Of a stretch of DNA of 64,000 nucleotides, positions 1 to 13,459 are shown one piece after another. The stretch spans positions 186,001-250,000 of the forward strand of contig JAQGDQ010002371.1 in the NCBI GenBank assembly GCA_030141605.1, read 5' to 3'. The stretch is from Tubiluchus corallicola (lineage: Eukaryota > Animalia > Priapulida). The notes below the pieces were generated by a model. It was not told the DNA's origin. It ran no database searches and worked only from the letters and a program-made list of their open reading frames with translations. The translations under genes and the position numbers were made by a program. Numbering within the stretch: position 1 is the first letter of the stretch; the number at the start of each line of letters is the position of its first letter.

Positions 1-48
1 TGGAGGTCGCGCCTATAGCTATTGCACACATCGATATGACTTTTAGAC

Positions 49-1738
49 TTACCAAAAGTTCCCACGGTCTTCGCTGTCCGTTAATTTACCGTCTTCTTTA
101 TACACACAGCTTAACTGCGCTGCTTTATTTCGGCGGAGGACCTTTACCAACCTAGCAGTTGGTGCCTGATCTTCCATCTTTTCCGTGAAACTCCGCCAGG
201 ATTGGCGTTTCGCCTTCCGGACGGCGTTTTTGAATATAGACTGGGTTAGCTTTCTTGTTTCCCAGTCTCGTTGATTTTTAGTCTTAGTGGCTCTCCTGCA
301 AGCCCTGCGCGCCTCCTTGCGGAGACGGCTTAGCTCCGGATTCCACCATTTGTTCCCATCCTTCTTCCTCTGCCTACGTAATGGGCAAGCAGTTTCATAA
401 GAATGAATAACAGCAGCCTGAACTTCATCAGCCAAATCCTCAATATCCTCATTGGAGGACACCTTGTATTCCCGGTTCAGTTCTGGAAGTTTATGCTCAA
501 GTTCTTCCGCATACTTTTCCCAGCAAGTACGGCGGATGTTCCTGATGAGTGGGTTTTCTTTTGAAATACTGCTTTTCACTAGGAATCTTATATACATGTG
601 GTCCGACAGCGATGGCACGTCACTGACATACCAATCGCATACTATGTCCCCTGCATGCAGATTCCTCAGTGTCAGGTCTAGCACCTCTTCTCTTGCTTTT
701 GTTCGGAACGTTGGTTTACGGCCAACATTACAGAACTCAAGATTAGCGCTTGCACAATACTCCAAGAGTTCCTCACCCCTGTCGTTGACATCGGTGGAAC
801 CCCATAACGTATGATGCGCATTAGCATCAGTCCCCACAATAATTGGAGTTTTATCGCCGTCCCCGAATGATATCAGTTCCCTGAGTAACATAGGGGGAGC
901 CGGTTGATCATGCACCATGTATGCCGAGGCGAAAATGAACTCATCTCCATCCCGGCACACATTTTTTGCTTTAACCACCACAATGTCTGTATTCGAGAAC
1001 ACTGGAAGTAAAAAGCATTTTAGGTTAGGAGTGGCATAAATGCACGCCCGAGGCCTTTCTCCATTCCGGTTTCCCTGGAACAGATCCCATCCTCGGAGTT
1101 TACCCCTAACTTCCCCACCGTGCGTCCAGGGTTCCTGTACAAAGACTAACCCGGTACGTATGTGTTTTACAACATCCTGCAAGTTGTAACTCGCAGCTTT
1201 GCTTTTGTGAAGATTGATTTGCCAGCACTCAATACCAGAGACACTTTGTGCTGGCTTCTCACCTATTTTATCCAAATTGTCCCCGGAAATAACATTCAAT
1301 CTACCGTGGGTATTTCCACCGAAGACTGTCTGCGGCCGGGATTTTACTTTAGCCCCTGTTCCCATACTTTTCTGTATTTACGTTTCCATACTGGACTCGG
1401 GTGCCTTCATCTGCGATTGCTCGACAGACGGCAGCTCCTTTGTTCCAGTGGCAACGTCGGGGGTTTTTCCACCCTCGGTACTCACTTCTGGACCCTTATC
1501 CACCGTTTGAACAGGTGTTTCCGGTTCCTTGGCTTTCCCTTGGTTTTTCTTTTTGGACTGGAACGTGACTCGTTTGCATCCGGCGTACGGAGCAAACTCC
1601 AGTCGTTCCAGACCTGACAGGGACGGTTCCCAGACCGCTACTACGTGTAGCATTCCGCCGACCCCTTTTGACCCACCGCGGACCTCCATGTGCTTCCGTT
1701 GGAGTTCCGAATTACATCGGTCCACCAACGTCAGCTAA
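49..1738 (-). mobile_element. Non-LTR retrotransposon fragment (LOA/R1/I-group-like): end of ORF1 (1378-1728) plus ORF2 apurinic endonuclease domain (49-1365)
   Basis: ORF 49-1365 carries APE motifs QINLHKS, VQEPW, SAYM, GTDANAHHTLWGS..N.RGEELL, PTF..EVLDLTL and SDHMYI, then the WWNPELSRLRKEAR linker and AKRQSWRSF. It stops before any RT domain. Clade assignment is by recall of motif style only. Confidence 0.9.
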
Positions 1739-1749
1739 AAACACCGTAA

Positions 1750-2407
1750 CACCATAAAAGAAATGGATCTCATACTAAATAAAGATAAAACAGAAGAGTA
1801 TCACATAAAAAGGAATGGAGATGATGCTTGGAGGAAATGTATATACTTAGGCAGTCTTCTAGCAACAAATAAAAAACCCTAGCACTAGCTGCATATTCCA
1901 AATTAACAAAAAAAATTGAAAGTAAGAGGATCAGTTTAGATACAAATTTAAGAATCTTTGCTGCACTTGTGGAAACTGTGTTTATCTATAACTCACAACA
2001 CGAATCAGAAATTAATGCATTTCAAAGAAGAAACTACAGAAACATTCTAGGAATAAAATGGCCAGACAAAATATCAAATCAGGATCTGTACAATAAAGTC
2101 AAGGCAGAGGAATGGACAATTAAAGTAAAAAGGAGAAGATTAAGATGGATATGACTTGTTATACGACTACCAGATGACAGTCCATTAAAGTTATCTTTCA
2201 AAGAAGCACTGCAGAAAGAAAAGAAACCCGCAAGGAGGACAGCTGCTGACTTATATCAATTTCATCCAAAAAGATCTTATCAGCACCCCATTAGATATCA
2301 ATCAAAATACAGAGACATGGAAGGTTGCAGGTGACAGGGTAGTATGGAGTAAAGTGAGCGGGAGGGTCATGTCAAACGACGTGTGACTCCAGAGATGATG
2401 ATGATGT
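1750..2407 (+). mobile_element. 3' fragment of an RTE-clade LINE (decayed RT C-terminus) with (GAT)n tail
   Basis: Translates to LILNKDKTEE..WRKCIYLGSLL and INAFQRRNYRNILGIKWPDKISNQDLY..IKVKRRRLRWI*, with frameshifts and stops. It ends in gatgatgatgatg at about 2394-2406, typical of RTE 3' ends. Confidence 0.8.
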
Positions 2408-2439
2408 ATCACAATTCTGTGCCATACTTACAAAATTGA

Positions 2440-3273
2440 ATCGTACCGTACTAGTACGATAAAATATCATACCGTAATTCCCATCAAATTTCGTACCAAG
2501 TGCGTGTAGGATCCACTATAAAAAGATAAAGAATGACATAAAAGTTAATTGTGTAAACTATATGTTTTTCAATTATTGTTATGAAATTATGCGCACTATA
2601 AAAACAGAATTGCTGTTTGAACTTCCATACTATTTACATGTATTTTAAGTACAAAACTTGCACAAAATCATCCATGGAGTTATAAAATTATTTTGAATTA
2701 CTTTTTCTTAATAAATAATTTTGTGTAACGGGCGAGTTACGTTCATTTACTAGTTTTTAACGACTGCCTTTCATTAATTGCTCACTAGTGGCAAATTTTT
2801 AATGATAATCAACATTTAGTGTCTTGCCTAAAACATTTGTAACTATACCATGCAGGCTGCACAATTTAACGTACGTAACGTCGGTATGACTTTAATTTCT
2901 TTTCTTGGCTCTAGGTACACAGCCGTAGATCAGCGGTGTTACATTAACATGGTCAAATTTGGTAAGTAACATACCCAGTTTCTATAAGTACAATAATAAA
3001 GGTAAGGTAATTTACGGGAAAAAACAACTTGCTGCTTTTTCATCCAAAGCGAACCAATCTAGCCGTTTTGTTTGCGTCTGTTCTGTGTCAAGGTGCGTTA
3101 ACCAGGAGAGAACAAGTCCGCACCAAAGAGGCGAAACAAGTCGTCACAAACGTTATAAGAAACTGAGAAAAATGCTACGGAAAAGCTACGATAAAGGTTC
3201 GGAAAAATACCATAATTTCGTACCGTACTTTTAAGAATTTTTTTGTACCGTACCGTACCGTACTGCCAGCCTT
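2440..3273. repeat. Probable non-autonomous repeat rich in (CGTAC)n motifs at both ends
   Basis: cgtaccgtac and aatttcgtacc motifs occur at 2442-2498 and again at 3214-3263. No coding capacity. Confidence 0.35.
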
Positions 3274-3719
3274 GTCAGTGAAATGAGTGCGTAATGTAAG
3301 CTAAAATTAGCAAATTGGGAAGCACTGAAATTTTTTTGAAGGCAAAAATATAGTGTTCAGCTGACAGACTACCAAGATCTGCTGATATGTGGTGAGACAG
3401 AGACCATTTGCTCATTTAGAATCTATTTGCTATTGTCCAGTATTGCACGTTCATGAGAATCTATACTATTTAAGAGCAATTTATAATGGTCACGACACTT
3501 GTTTTCCAACTGCTTTGTCTATTTTCGTTTACAGCAAAACTTTCGCATTAAACTGTTTTTTCACATTTCTCCAACTTGTTTGCTTTGATACTTTCTTGCT
3601 CAGGTAACGACATTACGGTAAAACTTGTTTAAAACTAGACCTTTGATAGGCTATTGGTCCTTGCCTGGGTTTCCTGTTACGCAGTTTATGTGCACCCATA
3701 AATAAAATATGTCCATTAA

Positions 3720-4260
3720 AAGACGATGTTTATCAGCACGAAGTCTACTAATTGCTTTAGATGAGAACACATTTGACAATGAGGAATTGCTTTTTCGGGT
3801 GCAGTTTTTAAAGCGCAAACAATGTCATCGGAGAGCCTATTTAGAGCAACGGATGTATGATCACCAACAGTAATAAACATTATTGCAAAAAATAACATCA
3901 AGAGGCATATGAACTATAGAGAGATAAAAATCGCTTAATCTTTTGCAATCATAAAGGCCACTGGGGTTGCCACTACATCACATAAAACGTCATTACCTAC
4001 AGAGCAAGCTTCCATCAGTTCTGCACCAAAATTTTATTGTACTGGGTCGCATAATAGTGACATTCATATGGAAGATACGCGTTGCACACTAATATGTCCA
4101 TTAACTTGCCAGCTATATGAATAAGTGCAAAAATATTGGAATCGTTATCGTAAACGAAATCTCGAGGGGAAAATCTTTTCTCCTGATAAAAGCGAGTGAT
4201 CGACGTATTGCTACTCAAGCATGGTCACCAACTACGCCATTCAAATCTGTCCCCTTTCTG
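3720..4260 (-). mobile_element. Highly decayed LINE endonuclease-region fragment
   Basis: Minus-strand pieces ILVCNAYLPY and DDIVCALKTAPEKAIP resemble LINE APE and post-APE segments. They are disrupted. Confidence 0.4.
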
Positions 4261-5003
4261 GTTTAGTAATCAAGTTATGAAAATTTTGTTACCACAGCCC
4301 TTTATAGATTTTGAAGCATAACCGACCTTTGATTTTTATCCACTTACGCAGTGTTATCAGCTTTCCCATAAAAATCTGTTTTCCTTCTTGTACTATGTGT
4401 ATAAGTTCCCAAAATTTGGTTACCGAATTTAAAAATTGAAAACTTTTAACCGGAAATGTTTAAAAGCTGACTTGAAAAGTTAGCAAATATTTCGTTTAAT
4501 TGTGCGTGGAATAATTAGCTTATATTAGTTTCCAGCAAAAGTAAAAGGGTTGCAAATTTAAGCGTCTATCTGTTAGTGTTAAAACGCGATATTTTCGCTG
4601 TTTTAAATGTTGTTATAACATAGTGGAAAATTAATTCAATTTATGTGGCATAGCCACACAAAAATACATAATATTTTAATGGTTTCTTTAAAGCCAGTGT
4701 AAAATTTAAAAAAACGAATGTTTGTCAGTAGTTGAGAATTCAGTCGTGATGGGTTAAACCGAAACTAAAATGTTAAGCCTATCTTACGAGCTTAAACGCA
4801 TCAGGTTTCTGAGCTGAAATCGTCTCCTCACGGTTTTCCTGTGTTCGTAACAGATTTCGAAATGGCTATATCATCAGAAATCGTCGAATTAAATCGCCTC
4901 TCGCGTGACGAGGCAATCCAACCTCCAGGACCTTTAACTTCTGTTTAAATATTGCTATTACCTACTCGCTAGAACAAAGTAAATCGTTGTTAGAAGACAG
5001 GTG

Positions 5004-5011
5004 GATATAAA
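5004..5011 (+). promoter_or_regulatory. Candidate TATA box of gene A
   Basis: gatataaa about 105 bp upstream of the ATG at 5112. Confidence 0.35.
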
Positions 5012-5111
5012 CATGAAGGTCCCAAGGTTGTGGTGCACAAGTTGCTGGGTTATAGGACTGGAGCGGAAAACAGAAAAATAGCAAGTCAGGGTAAATCGTG
5101 ATAACTGTAGA

Positions 5112-8100
5112 ATGATGAGGACAGCAGCTGCTGCGCTTTTGTTTCTGCTACTGAAAGTAAGTATTCCTACCTAAATTTATATTTTGCAAATAAAATCTAA
5201 GGATTCGTCTGATAAGCGAATTACTTTGCTACAAGACATGCATTGTAAAATGCAAGGATTTTATGTTTATAATTTAAAATAAAATTGATATGTTCTACTG
5301 TTTGCTATTTATTATATTTTTCTATTATTATTAGAATTTTCACAGCCAGTATGAAGAGAAAACAGTGTAACTTTGCTATTTTCAGTTGTTGCGTTAGTTT
5401 TAATGTTACGTAAGGTTGATATGCTTCTATGCCTACACAATAGCGTAGCTAGATCTTATCGTCCCCGGGTGGCACTTAAAATTTGACACAAGTGAAAATG
5501 TTTATGCAAAAAAATTTAGATTTGTAATGTTTAGTAGTATTGCCTCGCATATGCGATAATTTATAGAGATAAAATAATAAAGAATTACCAAAAAAAATCA
5601 AAAAATTGGTTTAGGAAGAAATCCCCGTACATTTCAAAACTAAAAGTTACGACAAGCAATGGCTTCTTCACATGGTAACTCAGCAAAGACTGTTATTGAA
5701 GACTACTTTGGTGCGACTTCCAAGACATCGCTGTGTTTACCTAAGAGTTTTAGACATCTTAGCAGTTGAGCAAATGAAAGTTTATTGTTGTCAAAATATT
5801 TTAAAGATAAAATTGAGATTAGTTTTCGTAAATTATCCGCAAGTATAATTCTACGAAATGAAGATATTTCTGACGGAGATATGCAAAAACTCGCAAACTA
5901 GGTTGGCGAGCCAAGAACTTACTGACTTACAATCATTATTAGATAAATAGAACATATTGTAATGACATCAGTGTTACATCAACCAAGCGCCTTTTTCAGT
6001 TGAATGAAATTGATCAAAATGCCGCTCTCTGAAAAGTGCTGCCCGGACTTTTTAGCTACGTCATTGTATACCCACGCTTCTCTCGTTCATTTATTTATAC
6101 AGCTAACATGGAGTTATCCCACACTAGTAATGCGAGAAATTGCTCGTCCACTTCGAATTCCAAACCAAGACAATTCGGAATACTACCGCGACGTAGAATT
6201 AGGAGAAGCAAGGAACCCTGAAGAAAGTTTGCGAGTTTTTCATCATAATGATTACTACGACATTCCAGGCCAACGCACATATGGTTCCGAAATCAGCAAG
6301 GTTGATTATGACAATGACAAAGACGAAGTAACATATGATACCGTTGTTAGTAAGGTATTGAATTGAACTGGGTTAAATTAGACTGTATTTGTCTATTCGG
6401 CCAATCAGACATTTATCACTAGCTGCTACAATTATTTGCCATAGATGAAATCAAGATAGAAATATTGTTGCGGAAATTCTTAAAATGAATTTTCTTTCGA
6501 TATAAAAACCGCGTATACGTATTGTTTTATAATCTGCATTTGTGTGTTGCAGATAATAATAATAATAATAAGACTCACAATAATAATAATTTGTTATATT
6601 TCTTAGCCGCATCTATTAGTCCTTTAGCATTTTGTTATTAAGTTACAATTTAGTAGTTCAATCTGTTGTTTTTATAATATACTGATATCACAACTATTTT
6701 TAAAAAAAGCAAAACGTGTTACTTGGAAATTCTCGATTAGTTTGCTAATTTTGGTTTGTGCAAGTCAGAGTCCATTTGCGCACTATCTTGACGTAACGAG
6801 AAGAACTCGTCACCAAACAGTCTTACTGTGCCCTTACTTTAATTACTTTGGCTTGTGCTGGAATAACATGCATCGTGAGGTAAATTTTTTTTTGATTTTG
6901 CACATCTGCGTCAAAGAATGTTGCTTCTTAAGGATTTTGTCATGGTAATTTCAAGGTACAAGAAAAGACTACAGACAATGGTTCACCAAAAAAAGGGAAT
7001 ATTTATGCAACAATTAAAAGATCACTGTGCACAAAAATTGCATGTTTCAGTATTTTTCTATATAAGGGTCATTCACTGGTACCTAAGGCATTCATCCTAA
7101 ATCTCTAATTCTTAAACACCTAAAATTACTGTTTCGTAACTAGAGAAACAGTACTTTCTGTAGTGATGATATCACACATGTGCACAGTTACACACCGTAT
7201 GTTTCTTTTTTTGTTGTATTATTGCAGTATGTTGGCTAGAGCAACAAATTCTAAATTCTATAATCTAAGTAAATCATATTGGTACGTGTGTGAGTGCTGA
7301 CGTGAAAGTGCTACTACTACTTGGCCGTCACTTGCTACCGTAATTATATAATTCGGTAAATTACACATACTGGGCATATATTCTACATGTAGATATATCA
7401 TTAATTATGACAGTGCAGTGTCCCACATTAGCCTTGACTCAGAGGATAATTTTAGATTTTAGAACACAGACAACCGAATATCAATGACAGCTTTTAATTA
7501 ATAGTAACGGACGGTAACGTCTCTTTAAATACAATTATCGATATACCTGAATACGATTTCTGTTGTTGTGATTACGTCAAACAGTCCTGTTTGGAACCTC
7601 ATTGTTTGATGGGTTTGGCGTAGCAAATTTAAGAGCAAAACAAATCGAAAAATTGTTTGTGTCATTGAAGTGGCAGGCCCTTTATTTAATTATTTCATGC
7701 TCTTAATAATGACAATAGAATATGATAAATTTATATATTCATTTCGTTTTTCTTATCCAGTTTCGCTCAGATGAGCAAGACGGCGACAGTGTAAAGCATT
7801 ACAACCGGAAGGTCGATTTTAGTGATACTAGAAACGATTATTTAGTTACTTTTGAAGAAAGTGGAAAGGAGAGAAAACTGAATAACGACACTACCGGCAA
7901 GTAAGTGGCCTGTCATGCGTGGTGACAGCTTTCTTCTTTGTGCTCTCTATTCTATTGGGTGCTCGCATTCATCTACTGATGTGGCTAGGTTAAAAACTGC
8001 TATTCCCTTGCCAGATCATATACATATAATGGGTAGTCTCAGGTGACTTTTATCGTTCACTAATTAGTATTTACTAATCAAAAAATGATAAACTTATTGT

Positions 8101-10803
8101 TGGATCTATGTACCAATAAAAGTTTAGATTATCAATACCTGAAAAAACCTGGCCATACGTGATATCAGTATTCCACCGCATTTAGCTAATTTTTATTTAA
8201 TTGATAAAAATAAATTTATTGGCCAAGTTTAACAGGCAAAGTACCTTGTTGCATTGTCACGCTACCAGCACTGTCATATCGTGATCATGTAACTATTGTT
8301 TGCAGCTACTTCAGTCACCTTGAAGCAAACCTTGAAGACGAGACACACGGTGGCGATAGAAGTTACAGTTACACCGTTCCTAAAGAGTACGACGTCAGAG
8401 GGGAAGAAGACGATCAATTTAGACTGCCAGACAGGGCGCTATTTATCGATAGAGGTGGATTAAATTTCACAATTTATATTTCAATAGGTTCAGAAGTGTG
8501 TAATTTTGCACTATACCAAGCAGCATGTATGCAGATCATGTTAATACTTGTGGTTTCCTGGGTAAAGGGCAATGTGCATAAACAACTGCTGCTAGAACCG
8601 TGTTCTACAATTATGACAGTTTGGGCCAGTAATTTGAAGCCAAAGCAATTGTCTTGACTTACACGATTTTGTTTGCCTTGCCTTATATGACATTAGTATG
8701 TAAGATAAGGCAAGGCAAGGCATGGTAAGCTAACGTAAGATTAGGTAAGGTAAGGTAGGGTAAGGTGAGGAAAAGTAAGGTAAAGTAAGAAAGATGAGGT
8801 AAGGTAAGGTAAGGCAAAAGACGAATTCTATAAACATCTACAACGTTCGTTATTGTTGTATTTCTTTTATTGTCTTTATTGCAGAAAAATTTTCTGATAA
8901 CAAAAATGATGACGGCGATAACAACCCCATTTCAGAACAAGACCCGCCAGTTCTTCTGGAACAGTATTACGTCATCATGAAACTAGGAGATGCTCCAGTA
9001 GATTATAATGCAACGTCAATTGATGTAGAAAACCAAGACTCATTTGACGAACAACAAAGAGGACATGCGGCTGAAAGTTTTGCAGGACACGCAAGAATGA
9101 TCACAGATGAATTAAATCTAGAAGACACTTCTCGTGGTATTAGGTATAAATTTATTCCACATGAGGGAGATCCAACGTTTTCATTTATTCCATCGAGTAT
9201 TGCGAAATTGGCAAACAAAAACTTCAATCCAGCTATATCTCAAGAAACGTCATCAAGTTTCTTTATACCTATGCGTGAGACTGGACAACCTTTTGAATAT
9301 ATTCAACCACAGGCTGAAGATGGCGGAACAGATCAGTATAGTAAACTAGATGGAAGCCATTTTTTCAAAACTCTCGGAGTTCCGAGCCCAGACCACTTTC
9401 TGGTGCAGCCAAATGATGAGAGATTCAGTATCAGAAGTGAGGTGAAACTACCTTTTAGTACAGGGTTCGAAATAATACCAAATTCTAAAGTTGAGAATGT
9501 AAATAAGTTCGAAGTCATTCCAAACGAATCCTCTGCACAAAGCACCTTCCCTGATAATGAGCAGACAGATGAAAACGAAAATAAAGTGAACTTTAGCCCA
9601 AGCATAAAAAGTGAAGAAGATTCTCCACTCAGACCCGGATTTCACTTGTTACTCACTGGTCACATTAATGGCGCTTCTAGCGATACATCAGATGATGCGA
9701 CCGCAGACAACATTGACGATCGCTATTTATCTTTTGAAGGTGAGTTAGCTCACCTCGGTAATGAGGATGATGCAGACACAATTGCTCCCGTTTTCATGTA
9801 CGTTAGTGCCTACCCTTTACACAATGCCAAAGCAGAGATAATAAATGAAGAGCTTACAGAGTATGATGGTGAGCAACCTGATAAGGCTGCCAGAGCTGTT
9901 TATGTTGTTATGGTTCCCATGACTGGAGATACATTACTAAACTACTCTGAACAAGATCATAACGCTAGGTATTCAGAAGGGTTGGAAATAATTCGCCAAC
10001 CTGCTCTAATTGATGACATTCGTGAGACTGGATTTTACAATTTGGACTCTGATGAGAACGCTGCAGTCGTACCTTCTGAGGATCTCTCGAGATCCATTGC
10101 GTTTTCTGGCGATTCTATAGACGATACAACTGTTGACAATGTTGGTTCTTCTGACTCTCCTCATGGATATTATCTAAGGTAAGACACAGCGCACACACAA
10201 CAAAATGTCTTCAAACATCAAAAATCACATTCAAGCAACATTTGAAGCACGCTAGTACAAGCTAGAGATCTGACGATTATAGAAGTGGAAACTTATTTGT
10301 ACCCGGCTTTACTTTAGCTAGGAGTTATCAGACACCAACGGCAGCTTTAGGTGGAATGTGCGTTTTTTGTTCACTCAGTCATTATCGCAACAAATATTAG
10401 CATTAAAAATACTCCCTTTCTGTCTGAAAAATAGATATTTAGGGAAACGTTACTGGAGGACTTTAATAAAAGATACCGACAATGATGTGAGTGAAGCAAC
10501 TCTGAAAAATTTATACAAGCAATGTACTTTTTTCTTATTGCTTTTCTTTTCATTAAATACAAGATGAAAAACAAAGCCAGGAAGTCTTTGCTTTCTGATT
10601 GTAGCTATGTAGACAGGACTTAAGACGAAAGCGTTGTTAAATTTTTTATTCGTTGTTTCAGGGAGGAAAATTATGATGGCTATGTTGATGATGAGAACAA
10701 TTTCTACTCTTCTACTGATGATATACCTAACAATACGCCTGTGGCGCAATTTCAATATAATCGGCAGGGAGTGTTTGTCAGGCTTCCTACTAATGTTGAA
10801 TAA
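5112..10803 (+). CDS. Gene A: predicted secreted orphan protein (~673 aa); N-terminal YYDIP-family domain plus long acidic C-terminal region
   Basis: Manually spliced GT-AG exons 5112-5156 (MMRTAAAALLFLLLK, signal-peptide-like), 6103-6354, 7761-7900, 8306-8454, 8885-10178 and 10662-10803 join in frame (phases 0,0,2,1,2). AATAAA follows at about 10842. The N-terminal part aligns by eye with genes B and C. The exon-4 donor (gtggat) is weak. Confidence 0.8.
8702..8816 (+). repeat. Degenerate (GTAAG)n pentanucleotide microsatellite in gene A intron 4
   Basis: gtaaggtaaggtagggtaagg...gtaaggtaaggtaagg seen directly. Confidence 0.85.
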
Positions 10804-11369
10804 TATGAACATTATTATAAAATTAATTATGAAATTTTAAAAATAAATCATGTTATATATGATTTTGTATCAATTCGCAGACATGTCGAGCTGCACTGCA
10901 AAACGAGCTTCTAGACTGATGTTAGACTGACGAAAAATGTTAAATTACTTTTCACAATAATATTAATTTTTATTGTAACTGACATACGTCTTACATAAAC
11001 CAAGCAAAAATCAAGAAATAAATTTGCTTTAAACAATAACCTAAAGAACTCAATGTCCTTCTATTCTATGTTTACCAGTTTGATGACATTGTGTTTTGAA
11101 CAAATAAACTAATATGCTGACTAAAAACCGTTGTCTTGTTGCAATTCACTTTTTTATATTTTGTCTTTATTATCTGATCTGCTGTCTCTTATCTTTTTGT
11201 TATTGTCTTTGCCAGGACTACCTTGCCTTGCTAACGTCGTCCTTATTATTTTGACTTTTCTATCTAATGATTTTTCTAATTTACGATTTTTTTATTTTCG
11301 CTATCATTTTTCTTTTACTTTTTAGCACTGCAAAAATCTACTTGAGAAATGCATATCCACTGACAGCCT

Positions 11370-13080
11370 AATGGAGATCACTTGTTTGTCACTCTTAAGT
11401 TTTTTAATTGGAGGCGTTTGTAGAGGCGTCCCCAAAAGAAACTTTGATCTACCTTACTGGAGGATCTTTAGTCCTTACTGAATAAAGATCAATGGCTCTT
11501 GAATAATAAATTTAATCATGGAGATAACGTATTTGTAATTCTTAAGTTTTTGAATTAGAGCTGTTTGTAAAGGGCGCCCCTAAAAGTACCCCCAAATCAA
11601 TGTAAATAACATTTTGAGCTCATCAATGGCTCCTAAATAATGAATTTTGTAAAGGAAATCAGTCATAAGCTTTTTAAATTGGAGAAAGCCATTTGTGGAA
11701 GGCACTCCTAAAAAATTCCACCCCATTAATCAATTTAAATCACATTTTAGCATATCAATGAAACTTTGCGAAAACATTTTTTACTTCTTATGAATAAAGA
11801 TCAGTGGCTCTTAAATAACGAATTTGATCATGAAAATCACTCATCAGTTATTCTTAAGTTTTTAAATCAGAGCCGTTTGTAAAGGGCGCCCCTAAAAGTA
11901 CCCCCCAATTCAATGTAAATTACATTTTGAGCTCATCAATGAAACTTTGCAAAAATGTTCTTCACTCCTTACTGAATAAACATCAATGGCGCATAAACAA
12001 TAAACATTACATATATGTATTTATAATTAATTCGTAAGTCTTCAAATTATGCTTTTTTGTAGAGGGCGCCCCTAAAAAGTCTCAATATCAATTTAAATCA
12101 GTCTTTCAGAATATCTGTCAAATTTTGCAAAAGTTTTCTTTGCACCTTACTGTGTAAAAAGGACATCCAGATGGTCAACTTTTCAATTTATCCAGATTGC
12201 GGGCGTTTACAAAATTCACAATCAACAGCAATTAGAGAACTGATGGTACTGTCATCGTTGCTAATACACAGAGAGCTTTTCAAAACCTACTCGACTGCTT
12301 TTCGCTTTGACAGCAAAAGAATTTGATATCACTGTTGATTCTAAGCAAACAGTTAACAATGTGTCACTCAGACTCACCTACTCAAAGTATTTTCCAGGTT
12401 AATGTAGTAGATATACCCATTGTTGATAATTTCTGCTATCTTGACAATACTATAATATCATCTCTATCTGTGGGACTAAGTGCCAGATACGGAAATTCTT
12501 GAAAAGTTAAACATGGGTGATTTATTCATACAGCTGCACAGGAGGCAACTGGAAAAATCTTGTAGTCTATGAATAATCGTAACTATATATTTAAAAATGT
12601 CATCTGTTACGGTACATTTAGGTTAAAAAATTTTTATTTACTTTAAGGGCATCAAATTCATTATTAGAACTACTAATCTTTATCCAATAAGGTGTAAAGA
12701 ACACATTTTCCTAAAGTTTCATTGATTGCCTCAGAATATGATTTAAATTGATTTTTGGGTATCTTAATTAAGGGCAATACTTAACCTTTAAAAAATGCAC
12801 CAATTTGAAAATAAATTATAAATTTAGCCTTCACTGGTTGTCTGAAGTGTCGTATAAATTTATATGGGAGCTATTTTAGGGGCGCCCCTCAAAATGTTAT
12901 TTAAATGGAATTAAAGGTACTTTGGGGACGCCGTTTACAGACGGCTCCAATTTCAAAAGCTAAGAGTGACAAATTACGTGATGTCCATGACAAAAAATTA
13001 TGAAAGAGAGGCTGATTTTTATTCAGCATGGTGTAAAGAACATTATTGTGAAGTTTACTAATGTTCTGAAAGCGTGATTT
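11370..13080. mobile_element. Foldback/MITE-like element: direct array of ~150-190-bp units on the left, inverted copies on the right
   Basis: The unit core (ttgtaaagggcgcccctaaaagtacc) recurs at about 11420, 11570, 11700, 11885 and 12060. Reverse-complement copies lie at about 12630-12780 and 12870-13080 (ttttaggggcgccc, ttggggacgccgtttacagacggctcc). Confidence 0.65.
12160..12480 (+). mobile_element. Decayed RTE (BovB-like) reverse transcriptase fragment inside the foldback element
   Basis: Pieces DGQLFNLSRLRAFTK..IREL, TVIVANTQRAFQNLLDCFS and VDNFCYL match the RTE-BovB-type DGKLFNLRRL..IRELLFADD..LQ.LLD.FS..F.YLG region. Confidence 0.65.
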
Positions 13081-13459
13081 CAGCTATCACCAATAGACTA
13101 TCAATGGATTCCAGTACTCAAATGGTTTGTACGCGAGATGTAATATAAACCTGCGTCAGGTCCCGCAGATACGCTTTTCCTTGTGATTATATTGTTTAGT
13201 ATATGCAGCTGTAATCTGCATATTTTTGAAAGTTATCATTACACTTGACGTATTGTTCAGCAGAAGAAAAAGCTTTTCCTCACCGAAAATAAATTTTCGC
13301 CCGTGTTTTCTCGTGCCCGTTTCCTAGCATTTGTTACAATTAAACACGATTGATAACGAGTTCTTGAATTGCTATAAACCTATAAAACTATTCAAGACAA
13401 ATTTAATGACTTGCATGTTTCTCTAGCTTCGTTTTTGTAATGCCACCATACAAACTATT

